This document shows, one piece after another, positions 20,272-31,286 of a stretch of DNA of 64,000 nt (the stretch's first letter is position 1; each line of letters starts with the position of its first letter). The notes beneath the pieces are model-generated. The model was given only the letters and a program-made list of their open reading frames with translations, did no database searches and had not been told where the DNA came from. A program made the translations under genes and the position numbers. This DNA is from a virus (lineage: Duplodnaviria; Caudoviricetes), in the IMG/VR virus record IMGVR_UViG_3300006143_000333, positions 32,001-96,000 of that record. One strand, 5' to 3'.

Positions 20272-21315
20272 ATGATAGAAGATAAAACAGATTTTGAAAA
20301 AGTAGTAGATTTCGGTAATTTATATCAAGCATATTTAAAATCTAAATCAGGTAAAGGTTTTTCAAAAAGCAGTCAAAAATTCCAAGTATTAGCTCTTGAT
20401 GGAATTCATCAAATAAAGAGAAGATTAGAAACTAAAACATATCAAGTATCAAAATACAATGAATTTATAATATATGAACCGAAAGAGAGAGTCATTAAAG
20501 CATGTTCGTTTGTAGATAAAATTGTACAGCATAGTTTGTGTGATAATGTACTGATTCCAAGATTGAATAAAGAGTTTATTCAAACAAATTATGCTGGACA
20601 GATTGGCAAAGGTACATTGTATGGATTGGATTGCTTAAAAGCTCAGATGTATCTTGCATATCAGAAGTATGGATATGATTGTTGGATTATAAAAGCTGAT
20701 GTTAGCAAGTTCTTTTACAATATCAATCACGATATTTTGAAGGATATTTTGAAATATTTTATAGAAAATAAAGAAGTGTATTGGCTGTGTGAGAAGTTTA
20801 TTGATAGTACTGAGGGAGTAGGACTTCCATTAGGTAATCAGGTTAGTCAAGTATTTGCACTTTTATATTTATCAGTGTTAGATCACTTTATCACAGGAGA
20901 ACTTGGAGTTAAATATTATGGTAGATATATGGATGATTTTTATTTGATAGTACAAAATAAAGAATATGCGAAATGGTGTTTAGCAGCTATTTATGAGTTT
21001 GTGTATTCATTAGGTCTTGAATTAAACAGTAAGACTCAGGTCATTCCTTTTAAAAATGGAATCAAATTTTGTGGTTTTCATACATATGTGACTTCAGATG
21101 GTAAAGTAATCCGAAAGCTGAAGAACGAAAATAAACGTGCCGCTAAAAAGAAATTTAAGAAAATGGTTGGATTAGTGAGGTGTGGAAAACTTAGCAAAGA
21201 GAAATTTTATGAGAGTTACAATGCTTGGAAAAATCATATATCACATGGCAATTGTGTGAAATTGGGATATGAGATGGATAGATATATAGAAAAATTATTT
21301 ATAGGAGAAAAATGA
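20272..21315 (+). CDS. DGR reverse transcriptase
   Basis: EPKERVI, KADVSKFF, GLPLGNQVSQ, YGRYMDDF. Confidence 0.96.
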   Translation: MIEDKTDFEKVVDFGNLYQAYLKSKSGKGFSKSSQKFQVLALDGIHQIKRRLETKTYQVSKYNEFIIYEPKERVIKACSFVDKIVQHSLCDNVLIPRLNKEFIQTNYAGQIGKGTLYGLDCLKAQMYLAYQKYGYDCWIIKADVSKFFYNINHDILKDILKYFIENKEVYWLCEKFIDSTEGVGLPLGNQVSQVFALLYLSVLDHFITGELGVKYYGRYMDDFYLIVQNKEYAKWCLAAIYEFVYSLGLELNSKTQVIPFKNGIKFCGFHTYVTSDGKVIRKLKNENKRAAKKKFKKMVGLVRCGKLSKEKFYESYNAWKNHISHGNCVKLGYEMDRYIEKLFIGEK

Positions 21316-21545
21316 TGGAATATATTTTGTTTTCATTTATATTGGCTGGAACACCTGCTTTATATACTGGATATTGTAATAAATTGAGAGACTTAATTCG
21401 ATTAATTTTCATCATAACATTTATCGTAATCTATTATATTAATAAATGGGAAACCGCAGATATTAATGTGGGATTATTCGTTTGTTGGTGTGCAGTATGG
21501 ACGATATTTTGGGATAATTTATATAAGAAACTTAAAAGGAAATGA
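21312..21545 (+). CDS. Small membrane protein
   Basis: Three hydrophobic segments; stop codon is the left arm of repeat 21543. Confidence 0.6.
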   Translation: MMEYILFSFILAGTPALYTGYCNKLRDLIRLIFIITFIVIYYINKWETADINVGLFVCWCAVWTIFWDNLYKKLKRK

Positions 21546-21570
21546 AACACGAGTTTTAAGGAGGAAAATT

Positions 21571-23905
21571 ATGAAATCAGTAGAAGAAAGAATTACAAAT
21601 AAGATTGAAGAAAGTGAAGATGGAGTGTTGATGAAGTTCCTTGGAGCTAAAAATGTTGAAAGACTGAAAAAGGAAGTTACAGATGCAATTATTCAACAGG
21701 TAATCAAAGATTTACATGATAGTTGTGATTATATAATTAGCCCAGACGATATAGTGCAAGACATTATTGATGATATTATAGATTCTGCTAATAAGAATAT
21801 TAGACCGAAAGTAGAAAAGCTGTTGTATAAGAAAGCTATGGAAAAATTAGGATTAGAGGAATAGTTTTAAAATTTCCGTTTTAAGGCTATTTTAGAGAAA
21901 GGATAATAATATGAAAAATTACATAGAAGAATTAAAACAGGATGATCCTAACGCAATGATGACCCCACAACAGTATTTTGATTCTATGAAGGAAAAGAAA
22001 AACACCGTATCTTCTGAAGATTTAAAGAAGATTTATGATAATTGCTTGGAACTTGCGAATAAATATAGGATTACTGGTCAAGTGCGTGGGCTGAGAAAAA
22101 TATTGTTCTGTATGGAGTCTATAGAAAAAGAACAAAAACTTGTAGATATGGGCATTACAACTTTTATCTATAAAGATGATATTGATTTCTATATTGATAG
22201 CGTCGTTAAGAGTAGAAAAAGAGATGAGAAGCCGATTAAAATTATTGAATTAGAGCGATATGAAAGAGAAATTCCTGATGAGATTGTAGAGGTAATTGAC
22301 AAAACTAAGGAATTATTTGACCAAATGTATATTGTATATACTGATTATACTGGCAAAGAAGAGCGTAAAATTGAAGCAGAACGAAAACAAAAAGATCCTA
22401 TTCTTTTTGGAACCTTTCAAAATAAAAAAAAGAAAGTGTGTATTGACAGATTCTATTATCTTGGTGATTGGATTGACGAATTTTGTGATTTGACACTTGA
22501 CAAAATGATAAATGAAACTGAAAAGTTGGGCAGAAATATTGTTAGGACAATAACAACTCCGAAAGATGTAGAAGGATTAAGAAAATATATTGATGCTCAT
22601 TATGAAGTAGAAAAGGATAGTATTTCAAAGATTATTAGAAAAGCAGATGCAGATTTTACGCCAAAGATTAGTTTGTTTTCAAAGGTTAAAACTGTGTTCA
22701 GTAGAAAGAAGTAGATATGATACAAGACTTAACCGCAAATAGAGATTTTCAAAACGATAGAGATTTGAGTATTTTATCAAATTTAATAAGACAGAGTTCA
22801 ACTCAGGATGATTTAACATCTCTATATGATGAAGTCGTATTAACAGGAACAACTTTTGATCGTGACCATAAACGTTATATTTTGGACTATGAAAGCGAAC
22901 AAAAGAATATGTGTGATTGCTGTGGTTCTCCAATTAGAATTCGACCTTGGGATTTTGAAGAAAACAAAACGCTATGTCCTGCGTGTGAAAAATGGTTAGA
23001 AGAATCACAAAACAGGAAATATGATGGAGAACTGCTTGAAGAAATAATAGATGATTCGTGGTCTATAAGAATTGTAAAGCCCTGGGATATAAATGATTTT
23101 GAAAGAGAAAATGCAGTTGATAATGTATTATTGTGGGACTAGATAAAACGAAGGTTTCAAGTAAAAATGAGGTGGTAATTTGGAAAATATTTTAAGTAAA
23201 AATAATGACGGATCAATAGATGTCATGGACAGATATGGATTTACGGAATATACAGTTGCCAAGAATGAAAATGGTATAGTAGCTAGATTGGCAAATCAGT
23301 TATATGAATATGAGAATTTCTTTACAGAAAGGCTTAAAGATGTATTGATGAATTACTTTGATGTTCCATCTGACACATATGCGTATAATCTAACAAGACA
23401 TAAAACTGCTTTTTCTGAAGTAACCATATCTCTTGATGATTTTGAAGAATTTGATGAAGAAATCATTGATGATATTGTGAAGTATATCAAAGACAATATT
23501 TAGCCAATAGAAGAAACATTTTAACTGGATGGAGGTGTGTTCGTGTATCAGAATTGTTGTAAAAAATGTGGAAGTATCTCATTACATACAGAAGTAAAAG
23601 GTAATAACACTGGTTTATATTGTGATGATTGTGGAGCCTGGGTGAAGTGGTTAGGTAAGGATGAACTTAGAGCGTTTGAACATAGTCAGATAGAGAGTAA
23701 CAAGTTATCTAATAAAAACATAACTGCCAGACTAAAAGAGTTTGTTGAATTTCTTGAAAAGAAAATTGATTCTGAATATGATAATTTACCAAATTCAAAA
23801 GATGATGCAATTAGAAAGAATGTTTGCTGTGCAATTATGGAACGAGATAAAAATGCAATCATCAACATTATAAACGGGCATGATTTTAATTATATAGAAG
23901 AATAA
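21571..23905 (+). other. Five hypothetical ORFs (21571..21864, 21911..22714, 22717..23142, 23180..23503, 23537..23905)
   Basis: ORF track; junction repeats at 21543, 21868, 23144, 23508. Confidence 0.65.
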
Positions 23906-23906
23906 A

Positions 23907-24011
23907 ATAAGCACTCTGATAACTTTGGCGAGCGAGCAGAGTGCTTATCAATACAAAACGGAAATCCGCTTTGATAAGTCTTAGTATATCAATTATTCAT
24001 GACCTATTCAA
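23907..24011 (-). ncRNA. Putative antisense RNA unit 3
   Basis: Minus-strand TTGAAT-17-TATACT; 12-bp stem ATAAGCACTCTG/CAGAGTGCTTAT. Confidence 0.5.
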
Positions 24012-24252
24012 GTCGGTAATTCCACAAATTAAAAATTGAATACAGGTGGTGATATTTATATAGAAACTTTTTATCATGGAACATCTGATACTTTAGATGT
24101 GAACAAAATAATTAGCTGATAAAGCAGTAGTAATAGGACAAATTTAGTCTTGAAATAAATCTTTCATAGAAAAAGAAATAGTAAATATAAGACGAAAGGA
24201 GTAAGAGGTTTGCTGTCCAGCATTAAAGACTGTCTTTACTCTAAAAGGTATA

Positions 24253-25107
24253 TTGGAAACAAATAAAATTTATTGTGGTAATTGTATTGATATTCTTAAA
24301 TCTTTCCCTAATAAAAGCGTGAATTGTTGCATAACAAGCCCACCTTACTATGGATTAAGAGATTATGGCGTAAGCGGACAAATCGGAAACGAAGATACAC
24401 TAGAACAATACATAGAAAATTTGGTAAATGTATTTGAACAAGTAAAAAGGATTTTAAAGGACGATGGAGTTCTTTGGTTAAATCTTGGTGATAGTTGGCT
24501 TGGAACTGGTGGAGAGGGAAGATATAAAAGAAATCAAAATATGAAGGCATCAGGAATAAAATGCAAAGACTTAATAGGTATTCCGTGGATGGCAGCATTT
24601 GCATTGAGAGAGGCTGGTTGGTATCTTCGTCAAGATATAATTTGGGCAAAAGGAAATCCAATGCCTGAAAGTGTTAAAGATAGATGTACAAAATCTCATG
24701 AATACATATTTTTGCTTTCCAAATCAAGAAAATATTATTTTGATTATGAGTCTATAAAAGAACCAGCAAAATATCCTAATGATAATCGTGGAAGCAGAAA
24801 TGATAGTCGTAGAGGAACAAAAATGAATAGCATAAGTGGTGTCACAGGGGAAAAGCGCAATAAGCGTGATGTATGGAATGTAAATACAAAACCATGTAGA
24901 GAAGCACATTTTGCAACATTTCCAGATACACTGATTGAACCATGTGTATTAGCTGGTTGTCCTGAAGGTGGCATTATCTTAGACCCATTTATGGGAGCAG
25001 GAACAACGGGAATGGTCGCAAAAAGACATAATAGGAATTATGTTGGAATTGAATTAAATCCAGATTATGTTCAGATTGCAGAAAATAGAATAGAAAAGAA
25101 GTCTTAA
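24253..25107 (+). CDS. N4/N6 DNA methyltransferase (beta class)
   Basis: ITSPPYYG, HFATFP, LDPFMGAGTT. Confidence 0.92.
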   Translation: METNKIYCGNCIDILKSFPNKSVNCCITSPPYYGLRDYGVSGQIGNEDTLEQYIENLVNVFEQVKRILKDDGVLWLNLGDSWLGTGGEGRYKRNQNMKASGIKCKDLIGIPWMAAFALREAGWYLRQDIIWAKGNPMPESVKDRCTKSHEYIFLLSKSRKYYFDYESIKEPAKYPNDNRGSRNDSRRGTKMNSISGVTGEKRNKRDVWNVNTKPCREAHFATFPDTLIEPCVLAGCPEGGIILDPFMGAGTTGMVAKRHNRNYVGIELNPDYVQIAENRIEKKS

Positions 25108-25131
25108 AACCCACGTTTCAAAGGAGATAAG

Positions 25132-27958
25132 ATGAAATATTTTAATGTTCCACAATGTTATAAAGAGAAAATAGTAGTTATTATAGACGGTGCTTTTAAA
25201 GGAGTTATTGGTGTATTAACATCATTAGAAATGAGTTATTTAAGAGAAACAACTTGTAAAATTAATATAGACTACAGAAATACAATCACTGTCAATTATA
25301 ATCAAATTATTTCTTTGGATATATCTGTATTTGAAGATTGTGACATTGATATATCTAATGAAGATGGTACTTTTAAAAATGTATTTGAAATTATAAAATA
25401 TGGAGAAAAAAATATTATGCCAACAAAATCATTTGATTTAGAACTTATGGGAATTAAGAATCTTCATTTCTATATTGCCAAACCAGAAATAGTAGATGTA
25501 AATATCGTTGTGCCAGGCAAGGTTGTAGAAGTAGTTTTTGCAGATGGGACAAAAGAGAAATCTGTATGTAGAGAACCTGATACATTTAGTTTAGAATCCG
25601 CAATTTCAATTTGCATTTCTAAGAAAATTATGGGTGGATCTTCTGCTTATAATAATGCAGTTAAGCATGGTATGAAGGTTTATGAGGACAAGCAGAAGAA
25701 AGAACTTGCTAAAAAAGAAGAACAGGAACGCATTGAGAAGAAACGTACTAAGAGACTTGCTTATAAGGAGCGTAGAGCTGCTAAGAGGGCTGAGGAAGAG
25801 AAACGGAGAAAGGCTAGAGAACGTGAAGAGCAGATTGCGATTCAGACGGAGGCATATCTGAGAGTGATGAAAGAAATAGGTAGTATTCAGTACAATCCAG
25901 CAAAAGAAGTGTTTAGTTAATTTATTTTATCACTGTCTCTCGTCAATATTATTTATATTTGGCGAGAGATTTTATGAAGGGAAGGAATATATATTTTTAT
26001 GACTAACGAAGAAATAATTAGAAAGAGAGTAGCAAGGGAAATATTATCCATGATTGAGACTATTTGTTTCAGCGAAGAATTTAAAGATTTTAGAATCGGA
26101 CAAGGAAGTAATGGGACAAGGGATTTAATTATTGAACGCATAAAGAATACATATGACATTGGATGAAATCTGCGATTTATTGGGAGGTTAATGGATTTGA
26201 AGGAATGTAGATTCTGTAAAGATAGAACAAGATGTGAATATGCTATGAATGATTATCCTGGCTCTGGCGATCTTTGGAAAGCAAAGAAATATTGTGAAAA
26301 AATTCAGAGACAAGAAGTAGAAACTATTAGCGAAAATGACAATAAAGTATTTAAAGAAAAAGTAGAAAAATTTCTTTCACAAGGATATAAAATCTCTTCT
26401 ACCAATTGTGGTTATGCTGGAGAAGTTGGTGGAAATGTATACGATTGCGAATACTGGATGGCGATTTTGATTAAGGAGTGATTGAATATGAAAGACATAA
26501 ATATTATTATCAAAGACGCTTTTGGAAGAGAAATCAAAACTAACACAGATCAGATTGAGGAAGATGTTCTGCGAATGAGAATAGGATTGGAACCACAGGA
26601 ACAGGATGGTGACTAATGCGTAGAAGAATCACAGGCAATATTTATACTGGTCTTGGGAATCCATCGCCAGTAATTTTTGACAACGAATGGACAGATAATA
26701 AAAAATTTAATGATGCTGTAAAGTTGTTCTTTGAAGATATTCTAAATTTATTAAAAGACGAAACTATTAATAGTGTTGGTGGTTTTGATTTCAAAATAGA
26801 ATTAGAAAATAACAGTTTTAAAATCTTATTTGGTATTGAGCCATCATATATGTATGATTCATATATCTGCTATTGTTTTGATAGTGAAAAAGAGAATAGT
26901 TATATACATAAAGAACGGGCTTTTGGGTATTATGGTGCTGACATTAAAATTAAATCGAATAAAAGTTATAAGAGATGTGGTAAGGAATTTAGTGAATGTA
27001 TGGATAAGTATTATGAAAATTTGATGAGGTGTTTAAGTGAATAATGGAATATTTGCAAAGTATACAGGAATTCCAATAATAGTTGTTCCTGATAGTAAAA
27101 AGCAAAATAGAACACATAGGAAAAAGAGAATTAACAAGAAATGGGCTAAAAGATATGGATATACAACATATAATTCCATTGAAGATGAACAGATCATTAC
27201 AATGAATGGAAGCATGTATGTGAATCCGAGAACTTATTATAAGCTAAAATCTCTTGAATTATATACTTAGAAATTCATTCTGTGTGGGAGGTGAATAATG
27301 AATTCAAAATATGAAAATATGTCTTTAAAAGAAATTATTAGACAGATAGAAAAGAAGGATAAAAGAATTGCTAAGTTGGAGAAAAAAGTTTCTGATATGA
27401 ATGACACCATCAGAACAATCGGTAATCAGAATCGTAAACTGAAAAGAAATAATGAAAGATATCAGGAACGATTAACAGAAGTTTTATATAAAGGTGAGAT
27501 TAAGAATTGCTCAACATGTAAAAATAATGTTAAATTTCCTCCTCCTCATACTTGTGATATTTGTACCAGTTTAGACCAGGAAGAAGAATATGAGATGTGG
27601 GAGGAAAGGATTGAGATTAATTGATGCAGATAATTTAACAAAAGAAACAGAAAAATCTATGCATGACAATCCTCATAAAAATAGACAAATTTCTCAAAAT
27701 CATTTAACAGAACATATTCATTTTTTGTCATTAATTGGAAGACAATCAACAGTAACAGATGATAGAATTACGAAAGCATTGGAGCTTGTATGGAATTATG
27801 GTCAAATTGATGGAGATAATCATAAGACATGGATTATTGATCAAATTGTTAGAATTTTGTGTGGTAGTAATGAGGAATATAAAAAGTGGGTTGATAAATA
27901 TGAAGAACCTTTAGAAGATGGTGATTATTACAGTTGGAATCAAGGTATCAATTCTTAA
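25132..27958 (+). other. Run of hypothetical ORFs (25132..25920, 26191..26481, 26616..27044, 27037..27270, 27298..27624, 27590..27958)
   Basis: ORF track, plus-strand SDs. Confidence 0.6.
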
Positions 27959-27996
27959 ATCTTGCATTTCATTGGCAAAAAAACGGAGGTTAGAGA

Positions 27997-29025
27997 ATGA
28001 ATATTGAACAAATTAAAGAAGTATTGAAAACAGGTGAATATGATTTCCTGAGAGAAGATAAAAATTTAGGTGATAATATCATTCTCTTGACACTCGGAGG
28101 AAGTCATGCTTATGGAACTAATAATGAGAATAGTGATCTGGATGTTCGTGGTTGTGCGTTAAATAGTAAAATGCAGATTCTCACAAATGAAAATTTTGAA
28201 CAATTTGTAAATGAAGCGACTGATACAACAATTTACTCATTCAATAAGTTGATTTCTCTGCTAAGTAATTGCAATCCTAACACCATTGAGCTACTTGGGA
28301 ATAAACCAGAACATTATTTATATGTATCAAACATTGGAAAAGAATTGATTAATAATTCTCATTTATTCTTATCCAAGCGAGCAGCGTATTCTTTTGGAGG
28401 ATATGCGACAGCACAATTAAGGCGGTTGGACAATAAAGCTGTTAGATTAGTTAATCAGAAACAGAGAGAAAGACATATTCTAAACAGTATTATGAACGCA
28501 TTTCATACTTTCCCAGAGAAGTATTTTCATTTTGAAGAAGATAATATCAGATTATATATTGATAAATCTGAACAAGAAGAGTATGATACAGAAATTTTTA
28601 TGGATGTAAATTTACATCATTATCCATTGAGAGATTATAAGTCAATGTGGTCTGAAATGAATAATGTTGTGAAGGATTATTCTAAGATTGGCAAGAGAAA
28701 TAAAAATGCCATTGAACATAATAAGCTGGGAAAGCACATGATGCACCTTATCAGGCTTTATATGATGTGTCTTGATATTCTTGAACATGAAAAGATTGTA
28801 ACATATAGAGAAAAAGAGCATGAACTTCTTATGGATATTCGTAATGGAAAGTTTCTTGATGTGGACAGACAACCAATTCCTGAATTTTATGAAATGGTTG
28901 ATGATTACGAGAAGAAGTTAGAGTATGCAAAGAATAATACGAGTCTTCCTGATAATCCAGATTATAAGCGGATCAATGAATTTGTAGCAAGTGTGAATGA
29001 GAGAGTGGTGAAAAATGAGATTTAG
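27997..29025 (+). CDS. DNA pol-beta superfamily nucleotidyltransferase
   Basis: GGSHAYGT..SDLDVRG, NPNTIELL, KHMMHLIRL. Confidence 0.85.
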   Translation: MNIEQIKEVLKTGEYDFLREDKNLGDNIILLTLGGSHAYGTNNENSDLDVRGCALNSKMQILTNENFEQFVNEATDTTIYSFNKLISLLSNCNPNTIELLGNKPEHYLYVSNIGKELINNSHLFLSKRAAYSFGGYATAQLRRLDNKAVRLVNQKQRERHILNSIMNAFHTFPEKYFHFEEDNIRLYIDKSEQEEYDTEIFMDVNLHHYPLRDYKSMWSEMNNVVKDYSKIGKRNKNAIEHNKLGKHMMHLIRLYMMCLDILEHEKIVTYREKEHELLMDIRNGKFLDVDRQPIPEFYEMVDDYEKKLEYAKNNTSLPDNPDYKRINEFVASVNERVVKNEI

Positions 29026-30376
29026 TATAGAAGTTCCTGTATCAGTAAGTTATATCATACAGGAATTAGAGAAATGTGGACATGAGGCATACATGGTAGG
29101 CGGCTGTGTAAGGGATAGCGTGTTGGGAAGAAAACCACATGACTATGACATATGCACATCTGCCACTCCTGATGAGATATTGAAGGCATTTCCCAATGAA
29201 GAAATTATTCCGACTGGTCTTCAGCATGGCACAATAACAATTTTAATAAATAAGGAACCATTTGAGGTAACAACTTATCGGATTGACGGAGATTACTCTG
29301 ATAATCGTAGACCTGATAATGTAACATTTACAAAGAATCTGGTTGAAGATTTACGGAGAAGAGATTTTACGATTAATGCTATGGCATACAATCCTAAAAC
29401 TGGTTTAATTGATCCGTTTAATGGCATGGAGGATATCAAATATAAAAAGATTCGATGTGTTGGCTCCGCAGAAGACAGGTTTAATGAAGATGCTCTGCGA
29501 ATACTCAGAGCAATAAGATTTGAAGCACAGTTAGGTTTTGCAGGGTTTCCAGAAACAATGTTTGAAATAGATCGACAATATGAGCGGTTAAAGAATATTT
29601 CCGTTGAAAGAATTAACAGTGAATTTTGTAAAATAGTTGCTTCTAATCAGTTCTGTGTGGAATTAGTTTTGTATCCCGATGTGTTCTCTTTATTTATCCC
29701 AGAATTAAAAGATATGATAGGTTTTCAACAGGATAATCCATATCATGCATATGATGTATTTGATCATACAGTACATGCGATAGAAAAATGTGAATCGGAT
29801 GATTTAATTGTAAGGCTTGCAGTTTTCTTTCATGATTTTTGGAAGCCACATTCTTATCAGGATGGAGAAGATGGTATTAGGCACTTTAAAGGTCATGGAA
29901 AAGTAAGTTCTGATATTACTGACACTATTATGAAACGTCTTAGATTTGATAATGAAACCAGAAATAATGTAGTAGAACTGGTATATTATCACGACGCTAC
30001 TTTTGAAGTTGGAAAGAAGTATGTTAAGAGATGGCTTAATAAAATCGGTGAAAAGCAGTTTAGGCGGTTGTTAGAAGTCAGGAAAGCGGATATTAAAGGA
30101 CAAAAACCGGATTATGAAGAATCTCGGATAGAGAAAATAAATAATATAGAAAATATTCTTGAAGAAATATTATCTGAGAAATCTTGTTTCTCATTAAAGG
30201 ATTTAGCGGTTAATGGTAACGATGTAAAAGAGGTGATGAAACTCAAAGAAGGTAAAGATATTGGGTATTGGTTAAATGAGATACTGAAACGTGTTATAGA
30301 TGGAGAATTAGAAAATAATAAAGATGATTTGGTTTATTGGATGACAGGTGTTAGAGATGGTTGGATAAAATTTTAA
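29015..30376 (+). CDS. cca: CCA-adding tRNA nucleotidyltransferase with HD domain
   Basis: VGGCVRD, DYDI, DLRRRDFTINAMA, EDALRILRAIRF, HD. Confidence 0.9.
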   Translation: MRFSIEVPVSVSYIIQELEKCGHEAYMVGGCVRDSVLGRKPHDYDICTSATPDEILKAFPNEEIIPTGLQHGTITILINKEPFEVTTYRIDGDYSDNRRPDNVTFTKNLVEDLRRRDFTINAMAYNPKTGLIDPFNGMEDIKYKKIRCVGSAEDRFNEDALRILRAIRFEAQLGFAGFPETMFEIDRQYERLKNISVERINSEFCKIVASNQFCVELVLYPDVFSLFIPELKDMIGFQQDNPYHAYDVFDHTVHAIEKCESDDLIVRLAVFFHDFWKPHSYQDGEDGIRHFKGHGKVSSDITDTIMKRLRFDNETRNNVVELVYYHDATFEVGKKYVKRWLNKIGEKQFRRLLEVRKADIKGQKPDYEESRIEKINNIENILEEILSEKSCFSLKDLAVNGNDVKEVMKLKEGKDIGYWLNEILKRVIDGELENNKDDLVYWMTGVRDGWIKF

Positions 30377-30391
30377 GGAGGGTTTGATAAT

Positions 30392-31285
30392 TTGAAGTGT
30401 TTTTATCATGTAGATGATGATGGGAAATGTGCTGCATTTTGGGTGTATTTAAGTGCAGGAGTATATGATGGATATGAGTCAGAATTTATTCCTATCAATT
30501 ATGGAATGGAATTTTCTTTTGACAAGATAAATCCTAATGAGCAGGTATATATTGTTGACTATTCAATTATGCCAGACGAAATGAGAAAACTGTTAGAAAT
30601 AACAAAAGATGTAACCTGGATTGATCATCATAAATCAGCAATAGAAAGATATACGGATTTTGAAATTCCTATTCGTGGAATTAGATATGACGGGATAGCC
30701 GCTTGTATGCTTACATATTGTTGGTTGCATCATATGACTGAAAGAGGAGGTGGCAATCCGAAAAAATTTGATATTTCTATGACAAAAGATGCACCTATGT
30801 TTACAAAATATATTGCTGATTATGATGTATGGGCTTTTGAATATGGTGCTGATACAAGATATTTTCATATGGGATTTGATGCATACGATAAAAGCCCAGA
30901 TAACGAGATTTGGTATAACCTTTTAGATGATGATGCGGAGAATAAATATATTGAAGAAGGAAAAGCAATCATCAAGTATCGTGATAGTTTTGCAAAAGAA
31001 TACTGTAAATCTAAAGGCTTTGAAACAGAGTTTGAAGGTCATAAAGTATATGCAATGAATATTGGACTAGCTGGTAGTGATTGGTTTAAATCTGTAGATG
31101 ATGGTTCCTATGATATATTGATGCCATTTTTATTTAATGGAAGAAATGGTACATGGACATATAGTATGTATTCAAAAACTGTGGATGTATCTGAAATTGC
31201 AAAGAAATATGGTGGTGGAGGTCATAAGGGAGCTGCTGGATTTAATACGAATAGGTTGATTTTTGAGAGAAAAGGAGAAATTTAA
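30392..31285 (+). CDS. DHH/DHHA1 phosphoesterase
   Basis: DDDG, WIDHH, GGGGHKGAAGF. Confidence 0.88.
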   Translation: MKCFYHVDDDGKCAAFWVYLSAGVYDGYESEFIPINYGMEFSFDKINPNEQVYIVDYSIMPDEMRKLLEITKDVTWIDHHKSAIERYTDFEIPIRGIRYDGIAACMLTYCWLHHMTERGGGNPKKFDISMTKDAPMFTKYIADYDVWAFEYGADTRYFHMGFDAYDKSPDNEIWYNLLDDDAENKYIEEGKAIIKYRDSFAKEYCKSKGFETEFEGHKVYAMNIGLAGSDWFKSVDDGSYDILMPFLFNGRNGTWTYSMYSKTVDVSEIAKKYGGGGHKGAAGFNTNRLIFERKGEI

Positions 31286-31286
31286 T

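Larger units (their letters stand above)
18808..21315 (+). mobile_element. Diversity-generating retroelement (target/VR - hairpin - avd - TR - RT)
   Basis: All components present; TR and VR differ only at TR adenines. Confidence 0.96.

Noticed and set aside
20067-20285. 72-aa ORF resembling the DGR target C-terminus
   Set aside because: It is the TR read in frame; TR functions as RNA and there is no convincing SD
20272-21315. Group II intron or retron RT
   Set aside because: Short RT with avd and an A-specific TR/VR pair identifies a DGR
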